A stretch of DNA of 63,316 nucleotides, filler included, from Octopus bimaculoides (taxonomy: Eukaryota): the NCBI RefSeq assembly GCF_001194135.2. It is 2 parts of 2 records of this genome, joined end to end, with 100 filler letters (N's around TTAATTAATTAA, not from the genome) between each part and the next. Parts side by side here need not be neighbours in the genome. Positions count along the whole stretch, not along the records: positions 31,548 to 63,316 come from NC_068988.1; 1 more part is not named here. The stretch is one strand, 5' to 3'. How positions within the stretch are numbered: the first letter of the stretch is position 1; every line of letters starts with the position of its first letter. The position numbers and the translations under genes are program-made. Below are positions 49,981-63,076 of the stretch, one piece after another. The notes beneath the pieces were generated by a model that had not been told where the DNA came from, did not search any database, and was given only the letters and a program-made list of their open reading frames with translations.

Positions 49981-50591
49981 CTGTAAAAGACTCTATGTCT
50001 ATATTCTCTATCTAATTTAAATGTGCTTTAAATGTCGAAAGTTCAACTGGCAATGTCACTTTTGTAGACCAACAGTCAATCAACGCGATAATATTACTAA
50101 TTTTCTCTCTTCCACAATCTCAGACAAAGGGAAAACACCATGAAAATAATCACTTTCCACGACACAGCTTATCAAACAGTTCTCTCAGAACCTTCGGTGG
50201 AATAATAGTCGCTTACACAGACCATCACCAGTTTTATTTCATCCGAAATTTGTGCCTGTTTTCTACAATAGTAAACTGGAAATTTTTGAATATGCAATCT
50301 TAAGATAAACTTCCTTCAGCGTCAAGTAATTGAAATTAAAAGCTAGGAAAACTGCAGTCCAGTATAAAACGAAGGAATCCGAATGACGTTTTGTTAGTCT
50401 CACCTTCTGCAAAAATACAATTTTAACCACGATATCTGTGTTTACTTCAACATTATGCTTCCATCTTATTGTAAGCACGGGCATAGAATACAAACTGTTG
50501 TATTAACCGGCATCTGGAACCGAGCTGAGAGCAAACATGATATCTGCCTGGATAATATATCCTTGCAAAGTCACTTTATATACATACTTAC

Positions 50592-50669
<78 letters not shown>

Positions 50670-50671
<2 letters not shown>

Positions 50672-50895
50672 CAGCAAACACTTTGTACAAGGCAAGTATC
50701 TCAAGTTGTATACAATATTATTATATTATTATAGGAAGAAATTCAAAATCTTACACCTGTTTCTGGGATGTCCCCGAGTATGACGGGATATCCCATATTC
50801 GGGGATATCCCAGAAACAGGTGTATCGTTTTGAATTTCTTCCTATAATATTGTATACAACTTGAGATGTTTGTCTTGCCTAAATGTTTGCTGTCC
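50670..50895. mobile_element. Near-perfect ~225-bp palindrome (foldback/MITE-like element)
   Basis: The arms pair over about 105 bp, e.g. atctcaagttgtatacaatatta / taatattgtatacaacttgagat and tacacctgtttctgggat / atcccagaaacaggtgta. Loop at 50783-50793. Confidence 0.88.
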
Positions 50896-51141
50896 TGTTT
50901 AACAATTATATATCCGCTGCATCTGAAATCTGTAATGGCTCCATAACTACCTTGGAGCCCCAGTACTCCGTTACAGTACTTACCTGGCGTCTCTAATCGT
51001 TTAGATCACCTGTGCACCTGTGAACTAACCCCCATACTTTGTGTGTTTGTGTCTGTGTGCATATATACATATATGTATATAATCAAAAGAAGCAACAAGG
51101 ATATCCAAAGTTAATGCAGTACGATCGTTTCATGCGACTCC

Positions 51142-51197
<56 letters not shown>

Positions 51198-52142
51198 NNN
51201 NNNNNNNNNNNNNNNNNNNNNNNNNNNNNNNNNNNNNNNNNNNNNNNNNNNNNNNNNNNNNNNNNNNNNNNNNNNNNNNNNNNNNNNNNNNNNNNNNNNN
51301 NNNNNNNNNNNNNNNNNNNNNNNNNNNNNNNNNNNNNNNNNNNNNNNNNNNNNNNNNNNNNNNNNNNNNNNNNNNNNNNNNNNNNNNNNNNNNNNNNNNN
51401 NNNNNNNNNNNNNNNNNNNNNNNNNNNNNNNNNNNNNNNNNNNNNNNNNNNNNNNNNNNNNNNNNNNNNNNNNNNNNNNNNNNNNNNNNNNNNNNNNNNN
51501 NNNNNNNNNNNNNNNNNNNNNNNNNNNNNNNNNNNNNNNNNNNNNNNNNNNNNNNNNNNNNNNNNNNNNNNNNNNNNNNNNNNNNNNNNNNNNNNNNNNN
51601 NNNNNNNNNNNNNNNNNNNNNNNNNNNNNNNNNNNNNNNNNNNNNNNNNNNNNNNNNNNNNNNNNNNNNNNNNNNNNNNNNNNNNNNNNNNNNNNNNNNN
51701 NNNNNNNNNNNNNNNNNNNNNNNNNNNNNNNNNNNNNNNNNNNNNNNNNNNNNNNNNNNNNNNNNNNNNNNNNNNNNNNNNNNNNNNNNNNNNNNNNNNN
51801 NNNNNNNNNNNNNNNNNNNNNNNNNNNNNNNNNNNNNNNNNNNNNNNNNNNNNNNNNNNNNNNNNNNNNNNNNNNNNNNNNNNNNNNNNNNNNNNNNNNN
51901 NNNNNNNNNNNNNNNNNNNNNNNNNNNNNNNNNNNNNNNNNNNNNNNNNNNNNNNNNNNNNNNNNNNNNNNNNNNNNNNNNNNNNNNNNNNNNNNNNNNN
52001 NNNNNNNNNNNNNNNNNNNNNNNNNNNNNNNNNNNNNNNNNNNNNNNNNNNNNNNNNNNNNNNNNNNNNNNNNNNNNNNNNNNNNNNNNNNNNNNNNNNN
52101 NNNNNNNNNNNNNNNNNNNNNNNNNNNNNNNNNNNNNNNNNN

Positions 52143-52398
52143 TGTGTGTGTGTGTGTGTGTGTGTGTATGTCTCTGTGTGTGTGTGTGAGTTTGTGTGTC
52201 TGTGTTTGTCCCCCACCATCGCTTGACAACCGATGGTGGCGTGTCTACGCCCTCGTATCTTAGCGTTTCGGTAAAGGAGACCGATAGAATAAGTACTAGG
52301 CTTACAAAGAATAAATCCTGATGGCGATTTGTTCGACTAATGGCGGTGCTCCAGCATGGGCGCAGTCAAATGACTGAAACAAATAAAAGAATGAAATA
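52143..52398 (+). mobile_element. SINE family A 3' half (head presumably lost in the preceding gap)
   Basis: tttgtcccccaccatcgcttgacaaccgatgg...gaccgatagaataagtactagg...ggcggtgctccagcatgg. Confidence 0.9.
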
Positions 52399-54542
52399 AA
52401 ATATATATGTAACCTCTTTGTAAAAGTAATAGGCATGCAAGTATGTACCGGAAACGTGTAATGTAAAACTCTCAGCGACGGCCAGTGAAGATTTCAGCCT
52501 ATTCTAAATAGGATATTACTCTCCGAATTGTACTGCATACTCCCTGTTTACTGAATTCTTTTTCACTATAACATGCATAAGCTCACGCAATCATGCACAC
52601 ACGCATACATACACAAGCACAGAAGCATATCACCATCGAAAGGTTATCAAACGTTTATTATCATAATTAGTGGCCTTCAAATACACATGAAGTATTGTTA
52701 ATGTGACCTGTTGGTTATTGTCTTCTTAAACATTCCATCCCAATGTGATTATTACAAGCAACTTCCACTGCATATGCTTATTCGTGTGTCACTACGTCTC
52801 TCAATCGCTCCTGCTCTCTCCATGCATTAAAGATCGATTGGCCAACATATCCACCAATCACATGCCAGTGGTACTATTGTTTATTTATTTATTTATTTAT
52901 TTCACTTGAGTTCATTTTATTTTCTTTGTTCTTCCCACTGCCAGTTTCTGCTCCTAATGCTACTCACTGATTGATACATAATTACTTTCTAATATTCTTT
53001 TCATTTATGTATCTATTTATATGTATTCATGTTGTTTTTGGTTGTTTGTTAATTTCGTTTGTTGAAATTGTGGTGGTGGATTGTACCCGTCCCATCTCTA
53101 TACCCTCGTAGGTCATCAGCAGATTCATTTTCCTTCAACATTTTCCAGATTATCATCATCAACATCATCATCATCATCATCATCCTTATCGTGAACGTCG
53201 TGGTTGTCGTTGTTATCGTTAAAATACGGTAGGTTGCAGATATACAAGTGTGTCAAACTATGTCATGAAGCATTGTTTTCGTGTTGAGTTCAGTTCCCAC
53301 CAGTGCTGACTTTAACTCCGAGAATCGTTAAATTGATTTTAAATTAGTCGAGTGACCACACATTTTTCTGATAATAGGTACATAAACATGTGTGTATATT
53401 TGTAAATTTATAGTTTACTGTTCCGTTGAGGTAAGACCAATAGAAAAGCATTCCATCCAGAGAGAGATATCATTTAATGTACGCTGTATTAAAATAAGAG
53501 CTACTAACAGATTTTGGGCCATTTGGGCACGTGGTTAGGCAAATTTTTATAACGTGCCTTATTTCTCCAAGCAATCTTCTATTTGAAAATTAGGACGCTG
53601 GTACATGAAAACCACGAGAACAACGAGAAGGTTGGTGTAAAAGGAGGAATGGAGAAGCCAAAAGATGAACAAAAACGGAAAAAGAAAGGAAACAAAATAA
53701 AAATAAAGCTACGTTTATTTTGACTATAGAAGTGATGATTGAATTAGTTGTAGAATAATTCAACGGAGAGGAGTTCAAAGTCTGCAAGACAGCTGATCAG
53801 TCAGGAAAGGGTGATAGTCTCCAGTTTGCGAACAAAGATTTGTACATATGCTTGTATTTGCTGAAAATTTCGAATCTGTAATTAAGTAAAGTGATGCTGG
53901 CCTTTTGAGACACGGGTACTTAATTAACTATCAGGATTAAAAAATTATTAGCTACACTGACATGATTCTAAAAGTTCTATAAATATATTTTGGGAGTTGT
54001 GATCAGTTCGCTTATTCTTCGGGCTATAATTCTGGAAAAATGAGTACAGACAAAAATAAAATGTTAGTCGTATATTCGGTTGAAAGTAAAACTCTTTCAT
54101 GATGTCTACATTAGTAATTACTAACCTCTATTGGCCTCTGGAAAACAACATCTGTTAAACGATGAAATTATGTAACGGGGATTCAAACATGAATACGCTT
54201 GCTGATGAGACAGAAAGCCGAATTTAATTCACGATAATCTTCAAATTATACCAGGTGTTGCATTCAAGACTTCTATTGATAAGTACATCACGTTTACATT
54301 ATAGAACTATTTAGAAGAATGTTAAAAAAGTTTCCATTTTTTTATCCCTGGAGGCTTTGGCAATATTATAAACAAATATTCTCTGTTTAAACAGATGGTT
54401 GAACTTCCTTAACCATGCGAAGGCTAATATATATTCGTGAAATTTTTCAGCGTCTCATGGCACTGAAATTTTGTTGAGATATTTAAAAACAATTCACGCA
54501 CACGGACATATCTGCCTGTGTATACAGACATATATATAGGGA

Positions 54543-54574
<32 letters not shown>

Positions 54575-54714
54575 CATGTGTGCATGTGTGTGTATGTGTA
54601 GAAAGAAGTGAAACTGGAGTTTACAATTTCATTGCAAAACATTACAGAGATGTGAATATTTTTTTAATTGCTCAAAGAAAGATAGACGATTAATCTAATG
54701 TTCCACAGTTCCTT

Positions 54715-54759
<45 letters not shown>

Positions 54760-54794
54760 CACACGCACACACAAACGTCGTACTCTGGTTGTTA

Positions 54795-54905
54795 ATAAGA
54801 GCTGGATCGTAAGGTTATGGGTTCGATTTCTAGACCTGGTACAACATTGTGTCTTTGAGCAATTAATTCATTTCACGCTGCTTCAGGTCATTTAGCTAAA
54901 AATTA
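54795..54905 (+). mobile_element. Degenerate tRNA-derived SINE head of a third family
   Basis: B-box gggttcgatttc followed by ttgtgtctttgagcaa, a motif typical of the post-tRNA region of many animal SINEs. Confidence 0.45.
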
Positions 54906-55499
54906 ATTCCAACCGATTGCTCATACTTCCCTTTCATTTCTCTATGATCCACGGGGACAAGAGTGGGAAGACAGAGAGGGTGTTCATGTATACTCACCAC
55001 TACGTAGGGACAACCTAAAACAATTACGGAAAGCATGGTACATATTACCAACTGAAATTTTTAGGTATCGGCTATGGTTTATACTTATGAAAGTGGGAGA
55101 CATTATTATTTTTCATACTCTTTGGCATTAGCAAAGTGAGAGGATGTAATAGAAGGATGCTTTTAAATTTCTCCCCTCCATCATAATTTTTTCAAATTTT
55201 CTACAGTGACGTTAACGTTGCAAATGACGAATTTACATACATTTTTCTTTTCTAGAAAGTTACAAATTGTCTTTTTCCATGTGAACAGCATTAATATTAA
55301 TGTAGTTATCCACAGTAAGAAAATGAAAACATTACGATACATTTAATTTTTTTTTTTCTTCTTAAATGAAAAGAAATTGATGAAAGAAAAGGAAATTCAT
55401 TACGAAGACGGAAAAAAATTATGAAATTCAATGAAAATATTATGCAACCTCAAACAGTTTTTCGGTTAAATAAGAAGTAAACAAGTCAAAATCAACGAA

Positions 55500-55990
55500 A
55501 TTGTACTATGCATTCAGGGAGCTTTTCTAACAACACACTTTTCCTACTTGCAGTGCCATATGAACTCGCAGAGATATGAGTCAACTGTAGCATAATGAGT
55601 GTCACAGCACCGTTTATTTCATCACTTGGGATAGAGCCAAGTGCGTTCCACTTGTTGAGTATGGTTCTGTCTTGTGCATTGACAAACCCAACACCGCAGC
55701 CCACCTTTCTGTGCAGTGATTGACAGCCTGGTATCTCTGGAATTACGCGAATATTCTCGCCGCAGGTCACTGTATATCAATATTCCCGGTAGACTCAATG
55801 GTCGAATGCCTTGTTCCATTATCACGCGATTCCGAGAAGGCATAGTGTAAAGAAATAACTCTGGTATCACGCGACACTCATCGTCGAAATCCCACTGATG
55901 AGACAACATACTACTTTTGTTATATTTTGTCATACTTTGCACAGATCTGCTGGACCATTTCCTACGTCTTCATACTCTCCAACAAAGTCA
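55500..55990 (-). mobile_element. Decayed CR1/L2-like LINE RT fragment
   Basis: Frameshifted minus-strand SHQ(W)GFRR*VSRDTRVISLHYAFSESRDNG and LIYSDLRR resemble the QHGFR..RSC.T.L ... D.IY.DF.KAFD RT block. Confidence 0.5.
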
Positions 55991-56782
55991 CGAAATTCAC
56001 TGTTGATGAATTCGTTTGATGGAAAAAGAAAATCAATCATGTATTTAAGACAAAAATAAATGCTGTTTACTGCATTCAGGCTAGAAATACGTGGATAAGA
56101 ACAATAATGGTAATCCTGATGCCCTGGAAATTGCTACTTTTGGTATGCCGGCAATGGAGGCTTAAGATTGAAAACTTTTATTATTGTTTTCTAGAGAAAA
56201 TGAACGTGACTTTTCTAGAGAAAATGAATCTGAATACAAAACCACATTAGTGTAGAAAATTTTAATAAATTATGACGAAGGGAAGACATTTGAAAAGATC
56301 CTAATAAAATCGTTCCGAAGCTCTCCAAAGAGACGTATTGACAATTATATAAAGCAACTGTTATCTGCCATTGACTATTGTCTAAAACATCAAATCTATT
56401 GATTCTTAAAATTTTGATTGTAATCCTTCACTTAGGAACGGGAGACGTTTATTATAGCGGCTAAACTGAAAGTCAAAAACATTTTCTTCTACCCTGTACA
56501 GAAGGTGAGAAAAAATTCGAAATATACCCTAAAAACCAAACAAATGGAAAAATTCCATACTTTGTAATAATTATTTGACCGACTTTCCGATGAATATTAT
56601 TAAATAGTATCTCCTTGTACGCTGAAAGCTATTTATCAGATCCCCACTATAGCCTGATTTATTGAGCAGAGGTAAGCTGTTGTTTATATGTGCTGTTTAG
56701 CTACTAATTGCCCCTCCCAAAACCTGCCAGTAGAAAATACAACTACTACACTTACGCATTTAATTAGTCTCTCCCTCCTCTC

Positions 56783-56813
<31 letters not shown>

Positions 56814-56956
56814 TCTTTATCTTTTGTGTGTGTGTGGGACAGAGAGAGAGAGAGAGAGACCGAGCGAGCAAGTGAGCGAGAGAGGGAGAGAGTGTGTGTG
56901 TGTGTGTGTGAACGTGCGCGCGTGCGCGCGTGCGCGTGTGCGTGTATGTATGCATA

Positions 56957-56995
<39 letters not shown>

Positions 56996-57648
56996 TAGCT
57001 TTCTCTTTTTATTCCACACTACATTAAGCCGAATACATGGAATAAACAGCAGGTAAGACATGTATGAAACGAAGTCGGTTAATCCTCATTATATCATTCC
57101 TAAATTTATTGCTCGACTTTTGTTTTATCTTCATGTTCAACAGATTGCTAATCATACTCGTTAAGTATGAAGGAGTAAAGCTTCATTTGTGTGTGCGTAT
57201 AGGTGAAATTGTGAGTGTGTGTGTGTGCTATGCAACATACTGCTATTTAAAGATAACATACACACGTATACACACACACGCATACACTCACATACACAGG
57301 TTGAATAAATTGAGTCAAACAACTGATCCGTGTGTTGTCTTTGATTAAAACTATCGTAAAAGGACTTATTTACTTGATTAGACTCAGGATAAATAACATC
57401 TATTTATTTACACACACACAGACACACACACACAAACACACACACACACACACACAAACAAACACACACACATACATATACATACATGCATATGCATATA
57501 TGTGCGCATGCGTGTATTTGAATACACAATTACACTTCGCAATCATTCTGTTTTATATCTATCCAGTTGGATAACTGCGGGAGTTTAATTGCATTTAGTT
57601 AAATTGTTAGCGCACACATTCATATGCACACACATAGATATTCGTTTG

Positions 57649-57730
<82 letters not shown>

Positions 57731-57793
57731 TGTACTAAGATCAACTCGTTGTCATAACAGAGTACAAGGGACGAAATAGATTCATAGATAAAT

Positions 57794-57890
<97 letters not shown>

Positions 57891-58059
57891 CACACACACA
57901 TTTTTATATACATCCATACACCAATATTTATACACTCCCCCGTAATACAAACACACATATATATCTTGCATTGCGGCACATAGCTTCTATCACATGCTAG
58001 CTGCAAATCCTAATGACTTTGGCACTTTCTGACATTATCGCCCATTCTGCTGGTGCCAT

Positions 58060-58360
58060 TGCAGAGCATCCAGGATTTTTAGGAGACAGTGGCACGTTTT
58101 TGTCTTCCATGCAACATAACAGCAATCGCTTCCTTAAACTTTGCATTTTGCTCTTAGCTTTCATCTTTCTCTAACACACTTCTGCCACATTCACAGTGAA
58201 TCATTTTCTGCTTCCCTCTCTAGCTCACGAATAACTCTTCTGTCATCCTTCCTACGTGGATTTTTGACTAAACTCCATCCTATTGTCTCACGCGGTTTCT
58301 TAATCATTATGCTTCCATTCCACAACACCCTCTCAAGGCACTGAGAGCTCAACAACGAAA
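58060..58360 (-). mobile_element. Possible decayed RLE-type (HERO-like) retrotransposon C-terminal fragment
   Basis: Minus strand VELSVP*EGVVE...FTVNVAEVC*R resembles the IELTVPWE...PVEVGCRG motif. Many stops. Confidence 0.3.
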
Positions 58361-58482
58361 ATGTCCAACTTTATTTTTATTTTCCTTTCTCCGTTTATTG
58401 TATATCAGACCGTCCCATAAGGTTAGGGACTGCATTTTTATTACAGTATGACTTGAGAAAATGAGAATTTTGTTAAATTCAC

Positions 58483-58534
58483 CTGCATTTTCCAGTGATG
58501 AATAATGAAATGTCTCCTCGGTTTCCTCTCCGCC
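58483..58534 (-). CDS. Candidate 52-nt exon with strong splice sites
   Basis: Long polypyrimidine acceptor ttttttatttattttctaccttttctcattag and donor CAG|gtgaat. All three frames are open, so the product is undetermined. Confidence 0.25.
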
Positions 58535-58699
58535 CTAATGAGAAAAGGTAGAAAATAAATAAAAATAATAAAACACAGTGCCACTTTGTGTTGATTCTCC
58601 TCACATAAATGTTGCTGCATTGTTGTTTCAGTGTGCTAATAATGCTACTCAGAGGTATCACCTGTCATATTCTGCCAGAATATTCTGCCAGAATATGCT

Positions 58700-58930
58700 G
58701 CCAGAATATGCTGCCAGAATATGCTCAAACGGTGCATAAGCACAGCATTGATGACGAACAAAAATGTCACTGCAATCACACCGCGTAATATTGGTCGTGT
58801 ATTGCAGTAGTTCACACACTGCACTCAAGAAATCGCCACTGATTGGCTCTTTTTCCACAACATGCTCCAGGAAATCTTCCTTTGCTGAGCTGTCTCTCAT
58901 GTTACTAAAGCACATCGAATTCTAAAACCC
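58700..58930 (+). mobile_element. Decayed hAT (Charlie/Buster-like) transposase fragment
   Basis: ICSNGA*A followed by LMTNKN...VLQ*FTHC...LQEIF..AVSHV resembles ICTDGAAAMTGK...FTHC.IHREALA. Confidence 0.45.
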
Positions 58931-59429
58931 TATTTAGTTAACACACTGCTCTTTTTCAAGATGGAGAATTCCTTTGATAACATCTCACTTGCCTTTATAA
59001 TTTTGGAAAGATATTTCCCCTTGTATCTGCTGGTCTTGTGCTTAAATTAGAAACCGTTATATCTGAAGAGGACCCTCAGTAGTATTTTCAGGTGTATATA
59101 TATGTTTGTTGTTGAAACACAGCATAAATTATTAAAGTGGGGTATATACAAGGCAGGGAAATAAATATCAATTAACTCAACCCTACCTTAGCTATTTGTT
59201 GAGCGCATCATGATGTGGCTAACTGTTGACTCTTAACCTAAGTAACCTCTAACAACAGATTCTGTTATAGTAAAGCAACTGGTGTATATAGAAAGACAGG
59301 GCTTGAGCTATGGACACAAGTCACATCTCATGACAGCAACTTATGATTTGTTGGTGTCATTTAGCCCAAGGTGTATGGTGACTTAGCAGATCTATGATGA
59401 AAGACATTTCAACAATGAACGCCACGCTT

Positions 59430-59476
<47 letters not shown>

Positions 59477-61750
59477 GTATATATATATACGTGTGTGTGT
59501 ATCAGGGACTACATTACTGAATGTGTGCTTCTTTTTGAGGGGAATAATGTTGCCATTTCTTCTAGGTCGAGTGAATACGTAGACGCTTTCTTGTGATCCC
59601 ATTAATTGGAATTCCCATACCTTACACCACTTCTACAAATTCTCAGTAAATTTCTTATACATTTACATTACAGATGTATTTCGTTTTTGCATTTGGTTCG
59701 CAAGATTCTTTAAGAGAACTCACATGTTGAAGTATTTTTCGCTGTATCTGGGGCGGTTCATTATGCCAATAATAAACACACACTGATTTTTATTTCACTT
59801 GTCAATTGCTTAACTATTCAACTAATCGATTGATTGATTAATGTCTATATTTCTGTTCATACCTGCGTTTATACGATTGTGTGAGTCTATGGGTGTATAT
59901 GTGTGCATATGTATGTGCATGTACGCGTGTGTGTGCAGGTGTGAAATGTATTTGCTTTATTCCTATTGCTTAACCCTAGGTCAGTCTGATCTGGTTCTTC
60001 CATATTCACCAAGTTCTAGCGATGATTATTCTGGTTTATCCTTCTCAAACTTGCTATATCTAAAACCAGATTATCCCATGTATTTTAAAACAGTAGAATG
60101 TTTTTTGAGGGAGATTTAGCTGCCACTTCTTGCAGATTTATTGACTATATATTTGTTGGCACGAAACCCATTCCATTATTTACACATTTGTGTGTGCAAA
60201 CATGTCAGTGTATGATGTTTACTTTGTTATGTATAAATGTGCACATCCAGTATGTAAATGTTACTAATCGTTTCTGCAAAAGCCATTGAATTCTTTAAAA
60301 AACAAAAAACTGTTTCTCCATACTTACCATTGCTTTTCCAGCATTCCCCAATTCTATCTTACGCGTTACATGTTGTCTAGTTTGCTACCATTGTTAATAT
60401 AATCAATTCAATATGCAGATTACATTCACGTAACAACTTGGATTTTATTTCTACTAGACAGAATTTTATTTATCTGTTTTCTAATTTATCGTCTTTCGCT
60501 GTATTTTCGTGTGCGAAAAAGTATTTTTTTATGTATTTAAAATACATATGGAACAAAAAAAAAAAAAGAATGAAAATAAACATAAAATAGACGAAGAAAG
60601 AAAGAATGGAAGAATGAAACTAACAAACTAAGAAACTCATGTGTGATTCCCGATTGTTTCACCCCGTTTCACAGATATGGTAACATATTATTGAGTGCCT
60701 GGCTCAAGTTACAAATGATTACACTTGGTGTTGATTGTTGTCAGTCGAACTTCTGATGCCTCAATGTCTTACTGTACTTTTCAATTCCCAACTCATCCCA
60801 AGTTAACTGCTTGAAAATTAATAATTTTAAATATTCAATTTTTTGCATGTTTAACCTCCAAGGTCCAAAAGCAAGCTATAGTATTGTCTTCAAATAGATC
60901 TAATAACTGCTGTCAGTCTATAACATTCCTTTTTATCGTAACTCTTACTTTATTCGATACGATACCCATTAATACATCAGTATACACGATCATTTTATGT
61001 ATGAGAACTTCGGAAATATCTTGGATGCAATTTTATCAATTTTATTATCAATATTATGCTACATTGAGATCTTTTAAATGATCAAGCTATTGTTATTCTT
61101 TAATACATATCGTATTTATAATAAGTGTGTTTGTAATTCATTACTCAAAATATCTTCTTCCATAATTCACTGTAGCCACAGACATGAAGGCATAAATAGA
61201 AAGTTTGCATCCTCTGAAAAGAAAAAAAAAATTATTGAAATTGAATTAAATTTTTGTTAATCTGCTGCAAGTTAGCTGCACGCTAATATAAAAAAAGGAA
61301 GGTGTAAAAGTTAATATAATAGGTGAAAACCCATATATTTGTATAGACACACCCGTATATATGTACGCGCATAATAATGCATAACGGTATATATGAGAGG
61401 GTTTCTGGACATTTTAAACAGTCTACATAAATGACTTTGTGTTTTTGTGTGTGTGTGAGAGAGAGTGAAAGAGGGAGGGGTATAATAGAGAGATAGATAG
61501 TTTTTAATACATAAAGAAAGGAACATACAGGTGGGATCAGAGTAGCTATTGAACTGGTATCGATAGTTCATTTTTATCTCTATTTTTCGAATTAGCAATT
61601 TATTAATTGCGATAACCTGAAACTGATATAGATCAGTAGAAAATAGTTTTAGAAATTAGTCACGTTCGTTCACCCTCACGCACGCACACATACACACACA
61701 CTCACACACACACATACACATACACACACAAACACACAACACACACGTAT

Positions 61751-61830
<80 letters not shown>

Positions 61831-61832
<2 letters not shown>

Positions 61833-61986
61833 CGGGCTCCTTTCAGTTTCCGTCTTCCAAATTCACTCACAAGGCATTGGCCGGCCCGAGGCTATAGTGG
61901 AGGATATTTTCCCAAGGTGCCACGCAGTGACACTGAACCATGTGGTTGGTAAGCAAGCTACTTACCACACAGCCACTCCTGCGCCT
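61831..61986 (-). mobile_element. SINE family A 5' half
   Basis: gacgggctcctttcagtttccg...aagcaagctacttaccacacagccactcc. Confidence 0.9.
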
Positions 61987-62178
61987 ATATATATATATAT
62001 GCTGATCCTATTTTGTATCCTTGTTTATCTATACATAATAAACAAGGGTACAAAATAGTTCCAGCGTTGCTAGAAACAGTAGTCAAAAACGACTCACTTA
62101 GCCACAAAAAGCATTTTTATTAATAAGTTGACGATAGAGAGGAAGCGAGAAAGCGCTGTACCGCAGTGAAGCAACATC

Positions 62179-62492
62179 GCAAATGAGGTAGCAGACATAT
62201 CCATATCACGGGATTTCGAACTCTGATGCATTCCATCTCAGTTCTCGTCGGTGGATCTTACTGCGCCTAGAGTTAAGCATAGTTCGCCTCGTCAACTCAT
62301 AAGAAAAAACCATTGAAAGCGTGTGCTATTTCAAAACGGTAGCAGTGTATGCTACAAATAAAGTAGGTGGCCATATGCAATTAAAACCTAAAGGAAAATT
62401 TATAAACATAGGTACAAAATAGTGCCACCATTGCAAGGAACAAGATGTAATGCATCAGAGTTCGAAATCCCGTGATATGCTACCTCACTTGT
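62179..62492. mobile_element. MITE-like element with ~40-bp TIRs
   Basis: catatcacgggatttcgaactctgatgcatt (62202-62232) is the exact reverse complement of 62449-62479. tgaggtagc/gctacctca extends the match outward. Confidence 0.85.
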
Positions 62493-62596
62493 GAGCTTGT
62501 CAAACCACGGTAGGGAGCTTGCCCTTTTCCTCTCTTTCCTCAACTTACAAAGGGTTGTGCTTTTTATGGCTAATTGAGTCGTTTTTGACTCTTGTT

Positions 62597-62632
<36 letters not shown>

Positions 62633-62689
62633 CATATGTGTGTGTGTGTGTATACATATGTATGTGTGTATACATATGTGTGTGTGTGT

Positions 62690-62729
<40 letters not shown>

Positions 62730-62744
62730 AACATAGTCCTGATT

Positions 62745-62964
62745 TTTAAGGCGTGGTACTTATTCTATCGGTGATTTTTACCGAACTGCTAAATTATGGG
62801 GACAGGGGACAAACACAGACACAAAGACATACACACAAATATTTCTGTGTACTAAATCTACTCAAGGTTCTGGTTGGTCCAAGGCTAGAAGGCACTTTCC
62901 CAAGGTGCTGTGCAGAAGGGCTGAAGCCCGGAAACATGTGGTTGAGAAGCAAGCTTCTTACCAT
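62745..62964 (-). mobile_element. SINE family A copy (degenerate, internally shortened)
   Basis: ggtacttattctatcgg...ttcccaaggtg...catgtggttgagaagcaagcttcttacca. Confidence 0.8.
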
Positions 62965-63025
62965 ATACCCATATTCCTATGTCTTTTTCTCTTTCTTTTT
63001 TCTTTTTTCTTTCTCCCCCTATCTC

Positions 63026-63076
<51 letters not shown>

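Noticed and set aside
50977-50990. tacttacctggcgt resembles the U1 snRNA 5' end
   Set aside because: Similarity stops after 14 nt, with no U1 stem-loops or Sm site. A strong minus-strand donor gives the same word. The adjacent candidate exon has stops in all frames.
55717-55726. TGATTGACAG Pbx/Prep decamer
   Set aside because: A single occurrence inside a LINE relic, compatible with chance.
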